NCBI GenBank assembly: GCA_963204785.1
Contig: CAUJHG010000045.1
Coordinates: 36,185 to 100,184 of the forward strand
DNA length: 64,000 nucleotides
Origin: Pseudomonadota bacterium
GTDB lineage: Bacteria > Pseudomonadota > Gammaproteobacteria > Burkholderiales > Burkholderiaceae_E
Reading direction: 5' to 3'
This document shows positions 38,513 through 48,068 of this stretch, piece after piece. The number at the start of each line of letters is the position of its first letter. Within the stretch, counting starts at the first letter, position 1. A program made the position numbers and the translations under genes. The notes beneath the pieces were generated by a model. That model searched no databases. It saw only the letters and a program-made list of their open reading frames with translations, and was not told where the DNA came from.

Positions 38513-39721
38513 TCAGCGCCCGACGGCGATCGGGTCGCCGAAGAGCGTCCAGCGCGTGCCGTCGAAGCGCATCGTGCGGAAGGTGTGGAAGGGGTTGAGA
38601 TCCTCGGGCGTGACGGTGAGCGTCACGCCGGGAAGCAGCAGCGGCAACGAGAGATCGTGGATGTTCGTGGCCTGCTTCATCAGGTTGGCGCGGGTGAGCT
38701 CGTCGCCGGCGCCCTTCAGGATGTGCTCGACCAGCTGCCCGATCACGAAGCCCAGCGCGATCCCGGTGTTGTTCGGGTCGCCATCGGGGAACCACTCCTT
38801 CATGAACTTGCGGTATTCGATCATCCCGGGATCCTTGTCCCAGGTGGGGTCGCTGGGCTCCTTCAGCGTGGATGCGGTGATCAGCCCCACGGCGTTCTGC
38901 AGTCCGGCCGGCTCGAGCGCCTGCGACCGTGCGGCGGACACCGACACGATGTAGTGCGCCGGCTTCCAGCCCAGTTCGGCCACCCTGCGGATCACCTGCG
39001 CCCCGAACTTGGGCGTGGTGATCGTGAACAGCACGTTGGCTCCCGAGCTCTTGAGGTCGATCACCTGCGAGTCGACCGTCGGATCCGAGATCTCGTAGCT
39101 CACCTCCTTGACGATCCTGTTCACCGATGCGCCCAGGCCGTCCTTGAAGCCCTTCAGGTAGTCCTTGCCGAAGTCGTCGTTCTGGTAGATCAGGGCGATC
39201 TTCGCGTCCGGGTGGTTCGCGAGGATGTGCTTCGCGTAGACCCGCGCCTCCTGCTCGTAGGGCGGGTAGCCCGGCGTGGTCCAGGGGAAGTTCTTCGGGT
39301 CGTTCCACTTGGCCGCGCCGGTGGACACCAGCAGCTGCGGCACCTTCTTCTGGTTCAGGTACTTGTGGACCGCGGAGTTGGTCGGCGTGCCGATCGAGTT
39401 GACCAGCGCGAGCACCTGGTCCTCCTCGACCAGCTTGCGCGTCTGCTCCACGGTCTTGGGCGGGCTGTAGCCGTCGTCCAGCGAGATGAAGTTGATCTTG
39501 CGCCCGTTGATCCCGCCGCGGGCGTTGACCATCCTGAAATAGGCGATCTCCGACTTGCCCTGCGCGCCGTAGGCCGATGCCGGGCCGCTGTAGGGCATCG
39601 TCTGCCCGATCCTGATTTCGGTGTCGCTCGCGCCCGGGTCGTACTTCTTCTGCGCGTAGGCGAGGCTTGCGGCCGAAAGGCCGACGGCGGCGATCACCGC
39701 CAGGCTGCGGATTCCGATCAT
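38513..39721 (-). CDS. ABC transporter substrate-binding protein, Leu/Ile/Val-binding family (paralog 1)
   Basis: IRIGQTMPYSGPASAY, GGINGRKI, DDGYSPPKT, IYQNDDFG. Confidence 0.9.
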   Translation of the reverse strand: MIGIRSLAVIAAVGLSAASLAYAQKKYDPGASDTEIRIGQTMPYSGPASAYGAQGKSEIAYFRMVNARGGINGRKINFISLDDGYSPPKTVEQTRKLVEEDQVLALVNSIGTPTNSAVHKYLNQKKVPQLLVSTGAAKWNDPKNFPWTTPGYPPYEQEARVYAKHILANHPDAKIALIYQNDDFGKDYLKGFKDGLGASVNRIVKEVSYEISDPTVDSQVIDLKSSGANVLFTITTPKFGAQVIRRVAELGWKPAHYIVSVSAARSQALEPAGLQNAVGLITASTLKEPSDPTWDKDPGMIEYRKFMKEWFPDGDPNNTGIALGFVIGQLVEHILKGAGDELTRANLMKQATNIHDLSLPLLLPGVTLTVTPEDLNPFHTFRTMRFDGTRWTLFGDPIAVGR

Positions 39722-39823
39722 CCTGTGTCTCCAGTTCCTTTGGAAGGGCGACCCCGCGGCTCTCTGCGGAGCCGTCCCGTGCGGGATCGTCGGTCGATTG
39801 TTCTCCCATGTGCCCGCCAACGC

Positions 39824-39859
39824 AACAAGGGCCGCAGGCTCTCCCGAACCTGCGGCCCT
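39824..39859 (-). terminator. Terminator-like hairpin sharing sequence with the 35316-35349 hairpin
   Basis: 11-bp arms AGGGCCGCAGG/CCTGCGGCCCT, preceded by AACA as at 35316. Confidence 0.5.
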
Positions 39860-39943
39860 CGATGGCCGTGGCTGTGCGCCGGCTGCGCTGCCGGCGAACG
39901 GGCGCGGGGCCGGCGCGCGCGTGCGCAGCCCGCGCCGGCGACG

Positions 39944-41155
39944 TCACTTCACGTCGGCGACGATCGGGTCACCGAAGATCACCCAGCGCTTGCCGTCGAA
40001 GCGGGCGGTGCGGAAGGTGTTGAAGGTGGAATAGTCGTCCGGGGTCACGTTGACCGTCACTCCCGGCAGCAGCATGGGGAAGGTGAGGTTGTGGATGTTG
40101 GTCGCCGACTTCAGCACGTTCTCGCGCGTGAGGTTGTCACCCGAGGTCTTCAGGATGTGCTCGATCATCTGCCCGGTCGTGTAGCCCAGCACGATCCCCG
40201 AGTCCAGCGGGTTGCCTTCGGGGAACCACTCCTTCATGAACTTCAGGTAATCCTTCACCCCGGCGTCATTGGCCCAGCTCGGGTCATCAGGCAGCTTGAG
40301 CGCCATCGCGGTGATCAGCCCCACGGCGTTCTGCACACCGGCCGGCTCGAGCACCTGCGCCTGCGACGCGGACACCGACACGATGTAGTGGTTCGGCTTC
40401 CAGCCGAGCTCGGCGACCTTGCGCACCACCTGCGCGCCGAACTTCGGCGTGGCCATCGTGAACAAGGTGTCGGCACCGGTGCCCTTGAGGTCGATGACCT
40501 GTGAGTCGACGGTTGCGTCCGTGACCTCGTAGGTGACCTCCTTGACCACCTGGCTCACCTTGGCGCCCAGGCCCGTCTTGAAGCCCTTGACGTAGTCGCG
40601 GCCCGCGTCGTCGTTCTGCGAGATGATCGCGATCTTCGCGTTGGGGAGGTTCTGCGCGATGTGCTTGCCGTAGATGATCCCTTCCTGGATGTAGGGCGGG
40701 TAGAAGGGCGTGGTCCAGGGGAAGTTCTTCGGGTCGTTCCACTTGGAGGCGCCGGTGGACACCAGCAGGTGCGGCACCTTCTTCTGGTTCAGGTACTTGT
40801 GGATCGCGCTGTTGGTGGGCGTGCCCAGCGAGTTCATCAGCGCCAGCACTTCCTCCTGCTCGACCAGCTTGCGCGTCTGCTCGATGGTCTTGGGCGGGCT
40901 GTAGCCGTCGTCCAGCGAGAGCAGGGTCACCTTGCGCCCGTTGATCCCGCCGCGGGCGTTGACCATCTTGAAGTAGGCCAGCGCGGCCTTGCCCTGCGAC
41001 CCGTAGGCCGAGGCCGGGCCGCTGTAGGGCATGGTCTGCCCGATCCTGATCTCGGTGTCGGAGGCGCCCGGGCCGTACTTCTTCTGCGCGTGCGCGCCGC
41101 CCAGGCTCGCGGCGACGATCATCGCGCCGGCAGCCAGCTTCCACAACTGCTTCAT
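39944..41155 (-). CDS. ABC transporter substrate-binding protein, Leu/Ile/Val-binding family (paralog 2)
   Basis: Same motifs as 38513-39721 (IRIGQTMPYSGPASAY, DDGYSPPKT, WNDPKNFPWTT). Confidence 0.9.
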   Translation of the reverse strand: MKQLWKLAAGAMIVAASLGGAHAQKKYGPGASDTEIRIGQTMPYSGPASAYGSQGKAALAYFKMVNARGGINGRKVTLLSLDDGYSPPKTIEQTRKLVEQEEVLALMNSLGTPTNSAIHKYLNQKKVPHLLVSTGASKWNDPKNFPWTTPFYPPYIQEGIIYGKHIAQNLPNAKIAIISQNDDAGRDYVKGFKTGLGAKVSQVVKEVTYEVTDATVDSQVIDLKGTGADTLFTMATPKFGAQVVRKVAELGWKPNHYIVSVSASQAQVLEPAGVQNAVGLITAMALKLPDDPSWANDAGVKDYLKFMKEWFPEGNPLDSGIVLGYTTGQMIEHILKTSGDNLTRENVLKSATNIHNLTFPMLLPGVTVNVTPDDYSTFNTFRTARFDGKRWVIFGDPIVADVK

Positions 41156-41208
41156 CGGAACTGCTCCTTTCGTGGGGGTGTCTCGTAGGTTGGAAGTCAG
41201 GGTGTCGT

Positions 41209-42030
41209 TCAGGCGCCGGTGAACACCGGCGTGCGCTTTTCCAGGAAGCTGGCGACGCCCTCGCGGTGGTCGTCGGTGCGGGCGAGGCGGTAGATCGTGT
41301 CCATCGCCCAGGCGCCGATCTCGCGCGGGTCGCCGAAGGCGGAGCGCTTCAGCCCAGCTTTCAGCGCCTTCACCGCGAGCGGCGGGTTCGCTGCGATCCG
41401 CGCCGCCAGCGCGCGCGCCTCGTCCATCAGCGAGTCGTGCGCTGCCACGCGGCCCACCATGCCGATGCGCTGCGCTTCGGCCGCGTCGATCAGGTCGCCG
41501 GTGAACAGGAGTTCCGCGGCCTTCTCCGGACCGACCAGCGCCGGTAGTCGGTAGAAGCCCCCGACGTCGCAGCTCAGGCCGCGCCTGACGAACATCTCGG
41601 AGAACTTCGCCCGGTCGGAGGCGATGCGGAAGTCCGCGAACAGCGCCAGCTCGACGCCCCAGCCGATCGCCGCGCCATTGACGGCCGCGATCACCGGTTT
41701 GGAGCAGTCCAGCGCGGCCATCGCGGTCGGGTTGGCCGGGCGGTGGATCAGCGAGTCCTTGCGGCTGGCGATCCCGCCGTCGGGGCCTGCCATGATCTCG
41801 GCGACGTCGTCGCCCGAGCAGAAGGCGGGGTCGGCGCCGGTCACGATCACGCAGCGGACCTGATCGTCGGCGTCGGCGCTGCGGAAGGCCCACTCGAGTT
41901 CGTCGTAAGCGCGCCAGTTCAGCGCGTTGCGCCGCTGCGGCCGGTCCAGGGTCACCGTCAGCACATGCCCGTCGAGTGCGTAGCCCGTGTGGATGAACGC
42001 ATCGGGTGCGATCGGGTCCCGGCTTCTCAT
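41209..42030 (-). CDS. Enoyl-CoA hydratase/isomerase family protein
   Basis: LDRPQRRNAL, FCSGDDV, KPVIAAVNGAAIGWG; GGAGG RBS. Confidence 0.9.
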   Translation of the reverse strand: MRSRDPIAPDAFIHTGYALDGHVLTVTLDRPQRRNALNWRAYDELEWAFRSADADDQVRCVIVTGADPAFCSGDDVAEIMAGPDGGIASRKDSLIHRPANPTAMAALDCSKPVIAAVNGAAIGWGVELALFADFRIASDRAKFSEMFVRRGLSCDVGGFYRLPALVGPEKAAELLFTGDLIDAAEAQRIGMVGRVAAHDSLMDEARALAARIAANPPLAVKALKAGLKRSAFGDPREIGAWAMDTIYRLARTDDHREGVASFLEKRTPVFTGA

Positions 42031-42297
42031 GATCTCGCTCCTCCGATACGGACATCGCCGCTGCAGTCCGTTTCTGGCCGGCAAGACTATTCCATCGCCC
42101 AGCGGCCCCGCGTCGGGGGCGTTTCGCTTTGGGCGATTCGGCAGTTGCCGCGAGCGGCGCAAGGCATTGCGCTACGCGCGGCTGCGCCCGCCGACGGGCG
42201 CGGAGGCTGTGCTAACTTCCACGCCAACCATCGATCGCCGTGGACCTCGGTCGGGTCCGCCGCACCCCGGCCGCCCGCCCTACCCTGCCAGCCCATC

Positions 42298-43329
42298 ATG
42301 TCCGACATCCTCGAATTTCTCCGCACCACCTTCGTGCAGCGCACGCCGCACATGCAGGCCACCGGGATGCGCGTCACCGGTGTGACGCCGAGCCGCGGCT
42401 CGATGGCGCTGCCCGCGAGCCCGCACTGGATGGGCGATCCTGCCCGCGGCCTGATGCATCCGGGCGCGATCACCGCGCTCGCGGACTCCTGCTGCGGGCT
42501 CGCGGTGGGCGCCGCGCTCGAGCGCGACATCACCTACGCGACCCTCGACCTGCGCATGGACTACCTGCGCCCGGCCAGCCCGCTGCAGGAGGTGCGATGC
42601 GACGCGCACTGCTACCGGCTCACCGGCAGCATCGCCTTCGTGCGCGCCGAGGCCCGCCAGGGCGACGCCGACGAGCCGGTCGCCACCGCGCAGGCAGCCT
42701 TCATGCTGTCGACCCCGTCGGGCGGGCGCCCGAAGCTGGCCGCAGGGACCAGCGCCTCGCAGGCGAGCGAGACCTTCACTGCGGCGGCCAGCGCGGCAGT
42801 CGCGGCGCTCGCGCCTGGCCAGGCGGCAGGCGCTGGCGGCGCCGGTGCCGAGCGTGCTGCCGGCTGGAGTGCGCCGCAGGCGAGCGAGGCGGCAATGCCC
42901 GCGGGTGCGATCCCCTACCTGGACTACCTGGGCATCCGGGTTGCGCCGGACCCGCAGCGCCCGCTGTTTCGCATGCCCTTCGATCCGAAGATGATCGGCA
43001 ACCCCTTCCTGCCGGCGCTGCACGGCGGCGTGGTCGCCGGCTTTGCCGAGACCGCGGCGATCCTGCACCTGAACCAGACGCTCGCCGGGGCCAAGCTGCC
43101 CAAGGGGATCGACTTCTCGCTGGACTACCTGCGCGCCGGCCGGCCCGAGGAGACCTTCGCAAGCTGCGAGGTGGTGCGCGTGGGCGCGCGCGTCGCGCTG
43201 GTACACGTGCGCCTGTGGCAGCGCAATCCCGCGCAGCCGATCGCGGTGGCGCGGGCCCAGTTCCTGCTCGCGCCCGAACCTGCCGCAGTCCTGGCCAGCG
43301 CCCCGGCCGTGACGGGCGGGCAGCACTGA
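42298..43329 (+). CDS. Double PaaI/hotdog-fold thioesterase fusion
   Basis: MHPGAITALADSCCG...TLDLRMDYLRP; Ala-rich linker; LHGGVVAGFAE...FSLDYLRAG. Confidence 0.85.
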   Translation: MSDILEFLRTTFVQRTPHMQATGMRVTGVTPSRGSMALPASPHWMGDPARGLMHPGAITALADSCCGLAVGAALERDITYATLDLRMDYLRPASPLQEVRCDAHCYRLTGSIAFVRAEARQGDADEPVATAQAAFMLSTPSGGRPKLAAGTSASQASETFTAAASAAVAALAPGQAAGAGGAGAERAAGWSAPQASEAAMPAGAIPYLDYLGIRVAPDPQRPLFRMPFDPKMIGNPFLPALHGGVVAGFAETAAILHLNQTLAGAKLPKGIDFSLDYLRAGRPEETFASCEVVRVGARVALVHVRLWQRNPAQPIAVARAQFLLAPEPAAVLASAPAVTGGQH

Positions 43330-43348
43330 GCCCCAGGGAGGCGCAGCG

Positions 43349-44386
43349 ATGAAACGACGCGTCCTTCCCGGAACCGGACTCGCCGTCTCCGAAGTCTGCC
43401 TGGGCACCATGACCTGGGGCGAGCAGAACAGCCCCGAGCAGGCCTTCGAGCAGCTGGACTACGCGCTGGCCCAGGGCGTGAACTTCATCGACACCGCAGA
43501 GATGTACCCGGTGCCGCCGAACGCGCGCACCCAGGGCCGCACCGAGACGATCCTCGGCGAATGGCTGTCACGCCGCGGGCGCGGCGACCTGGTGATCGCC
43601 ACCAAGGTGGCCGGCCCTGGGCGGCGTGACTGGATCCGCAACGGGCGCACCGATCTGTGCCGCGAGGTGATCATCGAAGCGGCGCACACCAGCCTCGAAC
43701 GCCTGAAGGTCGACTGGATCGACCTCTATCAGATCCACTGGCCGCAGCGCAACGTGCCGATGTTCGGTGCAGTGGAGTTCGACCCCTCCAGGGAGCGTGA
43801 GGGTCCGGCGATCGCCGAACAGGTCGAGGCGATGGCGCAGCTGATCCGCGCCGGCAAGATCCGCCACTACGGACTGTCCAACGAAACCAGCTGGGGTGTC
43901 TGCGAATTCCACCGCGCCGCCAGGACACTGGGCGTGCCGGGGCCGGTCACGCTGCAGAACAGCTACAGCCTGGTGTCGCGAAGCGCCGATGGCGACCTGG
44001 CCGAGGCGCTGTTCCGGGAGCAGATGTCGCTGCTGGCCTACAGCCCGCTGGCCGGCGGAATGCTCTCGGGAAAATACCTGGACGGTGCGCTGCCGCCGGC
44101 CAGCCGCTTCGCGCTCTTCGACACCCTGGGCCAGCGCTTCCGCAAGCCGATGGTCGCCGAGGCGATCTCCGCCTACGCCGCGCTGGCGCGCGAGCGCGGA
44201 ATCAGCCTGGTGCAGCTGGCGCTCGGGTATGTGCGCAGTCGCTGGCACCTGGGCGCCTCGATCATCGGTGCGACCACGATGGCGCAGTTGCGCGAGAACA
44301 TCGACGCCGCCCGCTTCGAGCTCGACGCGCCGACGCTGGCCGCGATCGCCGAGATCCAGCAGCGCTTCCCGAACCCGGCCGGCTGA
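43349..44386 (+). CDS. Aldo/keto reductase (Tas-like)
   Basis: LGTMTWGEQN, FIDTAEMY, IATK, IDLYQIHWP, LSNET, YSPLAGG. Confidence 0.92.
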   Translation: MKRRVLPGTGLAVSEVCLGTMTWGEQNSPEQAFEQLDYALAQGVNFIDTAEMYPVPPNARTQGRTETILGEWLSRRGRGDLVIATKVAGPGRRDWIRNGRTDLCREVIIEAAHTSLERLKVDWIDLYQIHWPQRNVPMFGAVEFDPSREREGPAIAEQVEAMAQLIRAGKIRHYGLSNETSWGVCEFHRAARTLGVPGPVTLQNSYSLVSRSADGDLAEALFREQMSLLAYSPLAGGMLSGKYLDGALPPASRFALFDTLGQRFRKPMVAEAISAYAALARERGISLVQLALGYVRSRWHLGASIIGATTMAQLRENIDAARFELDAPTLAAIAEIQQRFPNPAG

Positions 44387-44426
44387 GCGGGCCGGGGCTG
44401 CGGCAAGGCCGGCGCCTGCGGGCGGC

Positions 44427-46001
44427 TCAGCTTCCGGGCGCCAGCTCGCCTGCGATGTAGCGTCGCCGGTATTCCTCGAAGGGCAGCGTGTCGGCAGCCT
44501 CGATGCGGCGCTGCTCCTCGAGCGATTCCTTTGCGATCCGGGCGTAGCGTTCCAGGAGCTGCGCGCTGGCGGGCATCGCCAGCAGTTCCCGCCGGTGCGC
44601 GAGGGAACGCGCCAGTCCGAAGCGCGGGAACGAGTCTGCGTAGTGCTGCGTCATTTCCCGCAGCACCCTGGCCGAGGGCGTGCGCGAGGGATCGTCGAGC
44701 CGTGCCTGGGCCTCGGCCAGCGCACCGCGGTGCAGGCCTGCGCCGCCGGTGGCTGCATCCAGCGCCTCGGCAATCGGTGCGCACTCGCGCAGTATCGCCC
44801 TGCCCCAGTCCTGCAGCGGCAGCTCCTGCTGTCCGCGGCGAAGCACGAGGCCAGGTTCGCGGCCGCGCTGCGCGACGAGGTGCTGGTTGCGCGACATCGC
44901 CGCGATCTCCTCGGGCGTGTCCGGCGGGCTGTCGGCGAGCAGGCAGTGCAGCAGGAAGACGTCCAGGAAGTGCGGCATCCGCTCGTCGACCCCGATCGCG
45001 TGGAAGGGGTCCAGATCCAGGCAGCGGACCTCGACGTACTCGACGCCACGGGCGGCCAGCGCGCGCAGCGGCCGCTCGCCGCTGCGGATCGTGCGCTTCG
45101 GACGGATGGTTCCGTAGAACTCGTTCTCGATCTGCAGCAGCGAAGTGGCGAGCTGGCGGTAGCCGTTTCCGTCGCGCAGGCCGATCGCCTCGTAGGCCGG
45201 GTAGGACTGCGTCAGCGCGCGCGACAGCGAGGCGGAGTAGCTGTCCAGGCAGTTGAAGCTCACTGCGAGCGCCGCCTGCGCATCGCTCTGGTAGCCGAGC
45301 GGTCCCATGCGCAGCGAGGTCGCGTGCGGCAGGTACAGGCTGCCGTTGCCGAGCGGCTGCAGCGTGTGCGGCTGGCCTGCGAGGAAGGAACTGCAGACCG
45401 CCGGCGAGGCGCCGAACAGGTAGAGCAGCAGCCAGGACTGGCGGCGGAAGTTGCGGATCAGCGCGAAGTAGGTCTCGTTGCGCAGCGCGTGCTCGGCGCC
45501 GTCGCGGCCCGCCTCGCGCCCCAGCGCATCCCAGGCGCTCTCGGGCAGCGAGAAGTTGTAGTGGATTCCGGAGATCGTCTGCATCCGGCGTCCGTAGCGC
45601 CAGGACAGCCCGTTGCGGTACACGGTCTTGGCCTGGCCGACGTTCGAGCTGCCGTAGCGGCCGATCGGGATCAGCTCGTCGGCGGGCAGCCCGCAGGGCA
45701 TGCTCGAGGCCCACAGCACCTCGTCGCCGATGTTGCGCAGCACGAACTGGTGGATCTCGGTGAGTTCGGCCAGGCATGCTGCGGCGGAGGCGTGCACGCC
45801 GGTGATCAGTTCGAGCTGCGATTCGCTGAAATCGGTCGTGATGCTCGGGTGCGTGAGCGCCGAGCCCAGGGCCGGCGGATGCGGGGTGTCGGCGAGCGCA
45901 CCATCCGGGCGCGAGCGCAGGCTCTCCTTTTCGATGCCACGCATCAGCTGCCCGAGGCTGTCGGGCGGCAGCAGGCGCAGGCGTTCGTTCAGGCGGTTCA
46001 A
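44427..46001 (-). CDS. gshA: Glutamate--cysteine ligase
   Basis: RGIEKESLR, ITTDFSESQLELIT, QTISGIHYNFS, ATSLRMG, LLQIENEFY, YVEVRCLD; TTG start with GGGAG RBS. Confidence 0.94.
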   Translation of the reverse strand: MNRLNERLRLLPPDSLGQLMRGIEKESLRSRPDGALADTPHPPALGSALTHPSITTDFSESQLELITGVHASAAACLAELTEIHQFVLRNIGDEVLWASSMPCGLPADELIPIGRYGSSNVGQAKTVYRNGLSWRYGRRMQTISGIHYNFSLPESAWDALGREAGRDGAEHALRNETYFALIRNFRRQSWLLLYLFGASPAVCSSFLAGQPHTLQPLGNGSLYLPHATSLRMGPLGYQSDAQAALAVSFNCLDSYSASLSRALTQSYPAYEAIGLRDGNGYRQLATSLLQIENEFYGTIRPKRTIRSGERPLRALAARGVEYVEVRCLDLDPFHAIGVDERMPHFLDVFLLHCLLADSPPDTPEEIAAMSRNQHLVAQRGREPGLVLRRGQQELPLQDWGRAILRECAPIAEALDAATGGAGLHRGALAEAQARLDDPSRTPSARVLREMTQHYADSFPRFGLARSLAHRRELLAMPASAQLLERYARIAKESLEEQRRIEAADTLPFEEYRRRYIAGELAPGS

Positions 46002-46252
46002 GCGGGCAGCTCCCCAGGTTCGGTCGGTGGGATCGGGCCGGGTTCGAGCGTCAGCGAACCGGCCATTCCCCGGCGTGCGGCAGCCCTGTCGGTCGCCGGG
46101 GCGGGCGCACAGGATAACGGGTAACGCCGGCGTCTGCCCCGGAACGGGTCTCCATCGCGGTCGCGCCCGCAGCGATAGCGGAACATCCGGGCAGCCCGCT
46201 TGTGTAGGATCCCACCGTCCCGATCCCCCCATCAAACTCGAGAGGTTCGTCC

Positions 46253-47032
46253 ATGGATTTCAAGGGCAAGGTCTGCATCGTCACGGGTTCGTCGGCAGGC
46301 GTCGGCGCTGCCACTGCGCTGTCGCTGGCCCGCATGGGCGCCTCGGTGGTGATCAACTACAGCCGCAGCTCCGCTCCTGCCGAGGCGGTGGCGTCGCAGT
46401 GCCGCGAGGCCGGTGCAGACGTTCTCGTCGTGCGCGCCGACGTCGCGCGCGACGAGGATTGCCGCGCGCTGGCCGCCGCGGCGATGGAGCGCTGGGGTCG
46501 GATCGACCTGCTGGTCAACAACGCCGGCACCACGAAGTTCATCGCCCTGCAGAACCTCGCAGGGGTGTCCGTCGACGACTTCCACTCGATCTACTCGGTC
46601 AACACGATCGGCGTGTTCCAGATGGTGCGCGCCTGCGAGGCAGCGCTGCGCGCCTCGCGCGGCGCGGTGGTCAACGTCTCCTCGATCGCCGGGCAGGACG
46701 GGGTCGGCTCGTCGATCCCCTACATGGCATCCAAGGGCGCGCTCAACGCGATGACCATCGCGCTGGCCCGCGCGCTCGGTCCGGAGGTCCGCGTCAACGC
46801 AGTGCTCCCGGGCTTCATCGAGACCGAATGGCTGCGCAACGGGCTCGGCGACTCCTACCAGAAGGCCTACGATGCCTATCGGGCGCAGAGCGCGCTCGAA
46901 GCGGTGATGAGCCCCGAGGACGTCGCCGAGGCGATCATCGCCCTGGCCGGCGCGGGCAAGGTCACGGGCCAGCTCCTGCGCGTGGATGCCGGCAAGGGCG
47001 TCGGTCGCGCTGCGCCAGGACGGCCGGTCTGA
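46253..47032 (+). CDS. Short-chain dehydrogenase/reductase
   Basis: TGSSAGVG, VNNAG, YMASK, NAVLPG. Confidence 0.9.
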   Translation: MDFKGKVCIVTGSSAGVGAATALSLARMGASVVINYSRSSAPAEAVASQCREAGADVLVVRADVARDEDCRALAAAAMERWGRIDLLVNNAGTTKFIALQNLAGVSVDDFHSIYSVNTIGVFQMVRACEAALRASRGAVVNVSSIAGQDGVGSSIPYMASKGALNAMTIALARALGPEVRVNAVLPGFIETEWLRNGLGDSYQKAYDAYRAQSALEAVMSPEDVAEAIIALAGAGKVTGQLLRVDAGKGVGRAAPGRPV

Positions 47033-47077
47033 ACCCGCAGTCGGTCTGAATCCGCGAAATCGGGCCTCCAGCGGCCC

Positions 47078-47103
47078 GCTGAGCGCCCCGCGGGGCGCTC
47101 AGC
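47078..47103. terminator. 26-bp perfect palindrome between convergent genes (possible bidirectional hairpin)
   Basis: GCTGAGCGCCCCGCGGGGCGCTCAGC overlaps the nsrR stop. Confidence 0.4.
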
Positions 47104-47587
47104 CGGCCCTGGGTCGGGAAAGCGGCCTCGGCGCTGCGCGGCGGGTCGGTGCCGGAACGGGAACCAGGCGAAGCGTGCCGATGGTGGCCGGATTGTCGAG
47201 CAGGTCCTCGAGCGTGTAGCTGTCGAGCACCCGCAGGAAGGCGTCCAGCGCCTTGCCCAGGGCCTCCTTGAGCTTGCACGCGGGGTTGAGCAGACAGCGC
47301 CCTTCGGTGCCGAAGCACTCGACCAGCACCATCCCGGGCTCCATCCTGCGCACGACGTCGCCCACCACGATCGAGGCCGCAGGCCTGACGAGGCTGAGCC
47401 CGCCCCCCTTGCCGCGCTGCCCCTCCAGAATGCCTTCGCGCACGAGCTGGTTGACCACCTTCATCAGGTGACTGCGCGAGATGTCGAAGCGTTCGGCGAT
47501 CTCGGCGATCGTCACGCGCCTGCCGGGGTTGCTTCCCACGTGCAGGAGCACGCGCAGGGCGAAGTCGGTGTGCTGGGTGATGTGCAT
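47099..47587 (-). CDS. nsrR: Rrf2 family NO-sensing repressor NsrR
   Basis: TQHTDFALRVL, SHLMKVV, RGKGGGL, three Cys in ECFGTEGRCLLNPACKL. Confidence 0.88.
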   Translation of the reverse strand: MHITQHTDFALRVLLHVGSNPGRRVTIAEIAERFDISRSHLMKVVNQLVREGILEGQRGKGGGLSLVRPAASIVVGDVVRRMEPGMVLVECFGTEGRCLLNPACKLKEALGKALDAFLRVLDSYTLEDLLDNPATIGTLRLVPVPAPTRRAAPRPLSRPRAG

Positions 47588-47701
47588 GTCCTGATGGCGT
47601 CGGGCAGGTGGCGGGCTCGCTCGGCGGGATCCGTGGGCATCTGGCGCACCCCTTTCGGCTCGAGCGTCCAGTATGGCCCAGTCGGGACCTTGCATCCACG
47701 A

Positions 47702-47750
47702 AAGATGCATTTCCGTTGCATCTTCCAAAGATGCATTTTATATTCAACTT
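47702..47750. promoter_or_regulatory. Two tandem 23-bp NsrR boxes
   Basis: AAGATGCATTT-C-CGTTGCATCTT (47702-47724) and AAGATGCATTT-T-ATATTCAACTT (47728-47750), matching the 11-1-11 NsrR consensus. Confidence 0.8.
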
Positions 47751-47794
47751 CAACGGTCGATCCCGGCCGCCTGCACCCCACAGAGGAGCACAAC

Positions 47795-48052
47795 GTGCAC
47801 GATTGCAGCCTCCCTATCCTCGGCCAGGGCACCTACGGTTTCGACGCCCGAGGCGTCGCCAAGCGCTTCCGCCACGCGGCGATCTTCGGGGCGCTCGGCT
47901 CGCTGACCAGCGGCGAGACGATGCGCTTCGTCAACGACCACGACCCGATCCCGCTGCTGAACCAGATCGCGCAGCACTTCGGCGACTCGGTCTCGGTGAA
48001 TTACGTCGCACGGGCGCCCGGCGAGATCGTCATCGATTTCACCGTGCGCTGA
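47795..48052 (+). CDS. DUF2249-family small protein (85 aa)
   Basis: FDARG...RHAAIFGALGSL..GETMRFVNDHDPIPLL; GTG start with GAGGAG RBS. Confidence 0.8.
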   Translation: MHDCSLPILGQGTYGFDARGVAKRFRHAAIFGALGSLTSGETMRFVNDHDPIPLLNQIAQHFGDSVSVNYVARAPGEIVIDFTVR

Positions 48053-48068
48053 GCGTCGCCCGGCGCTC

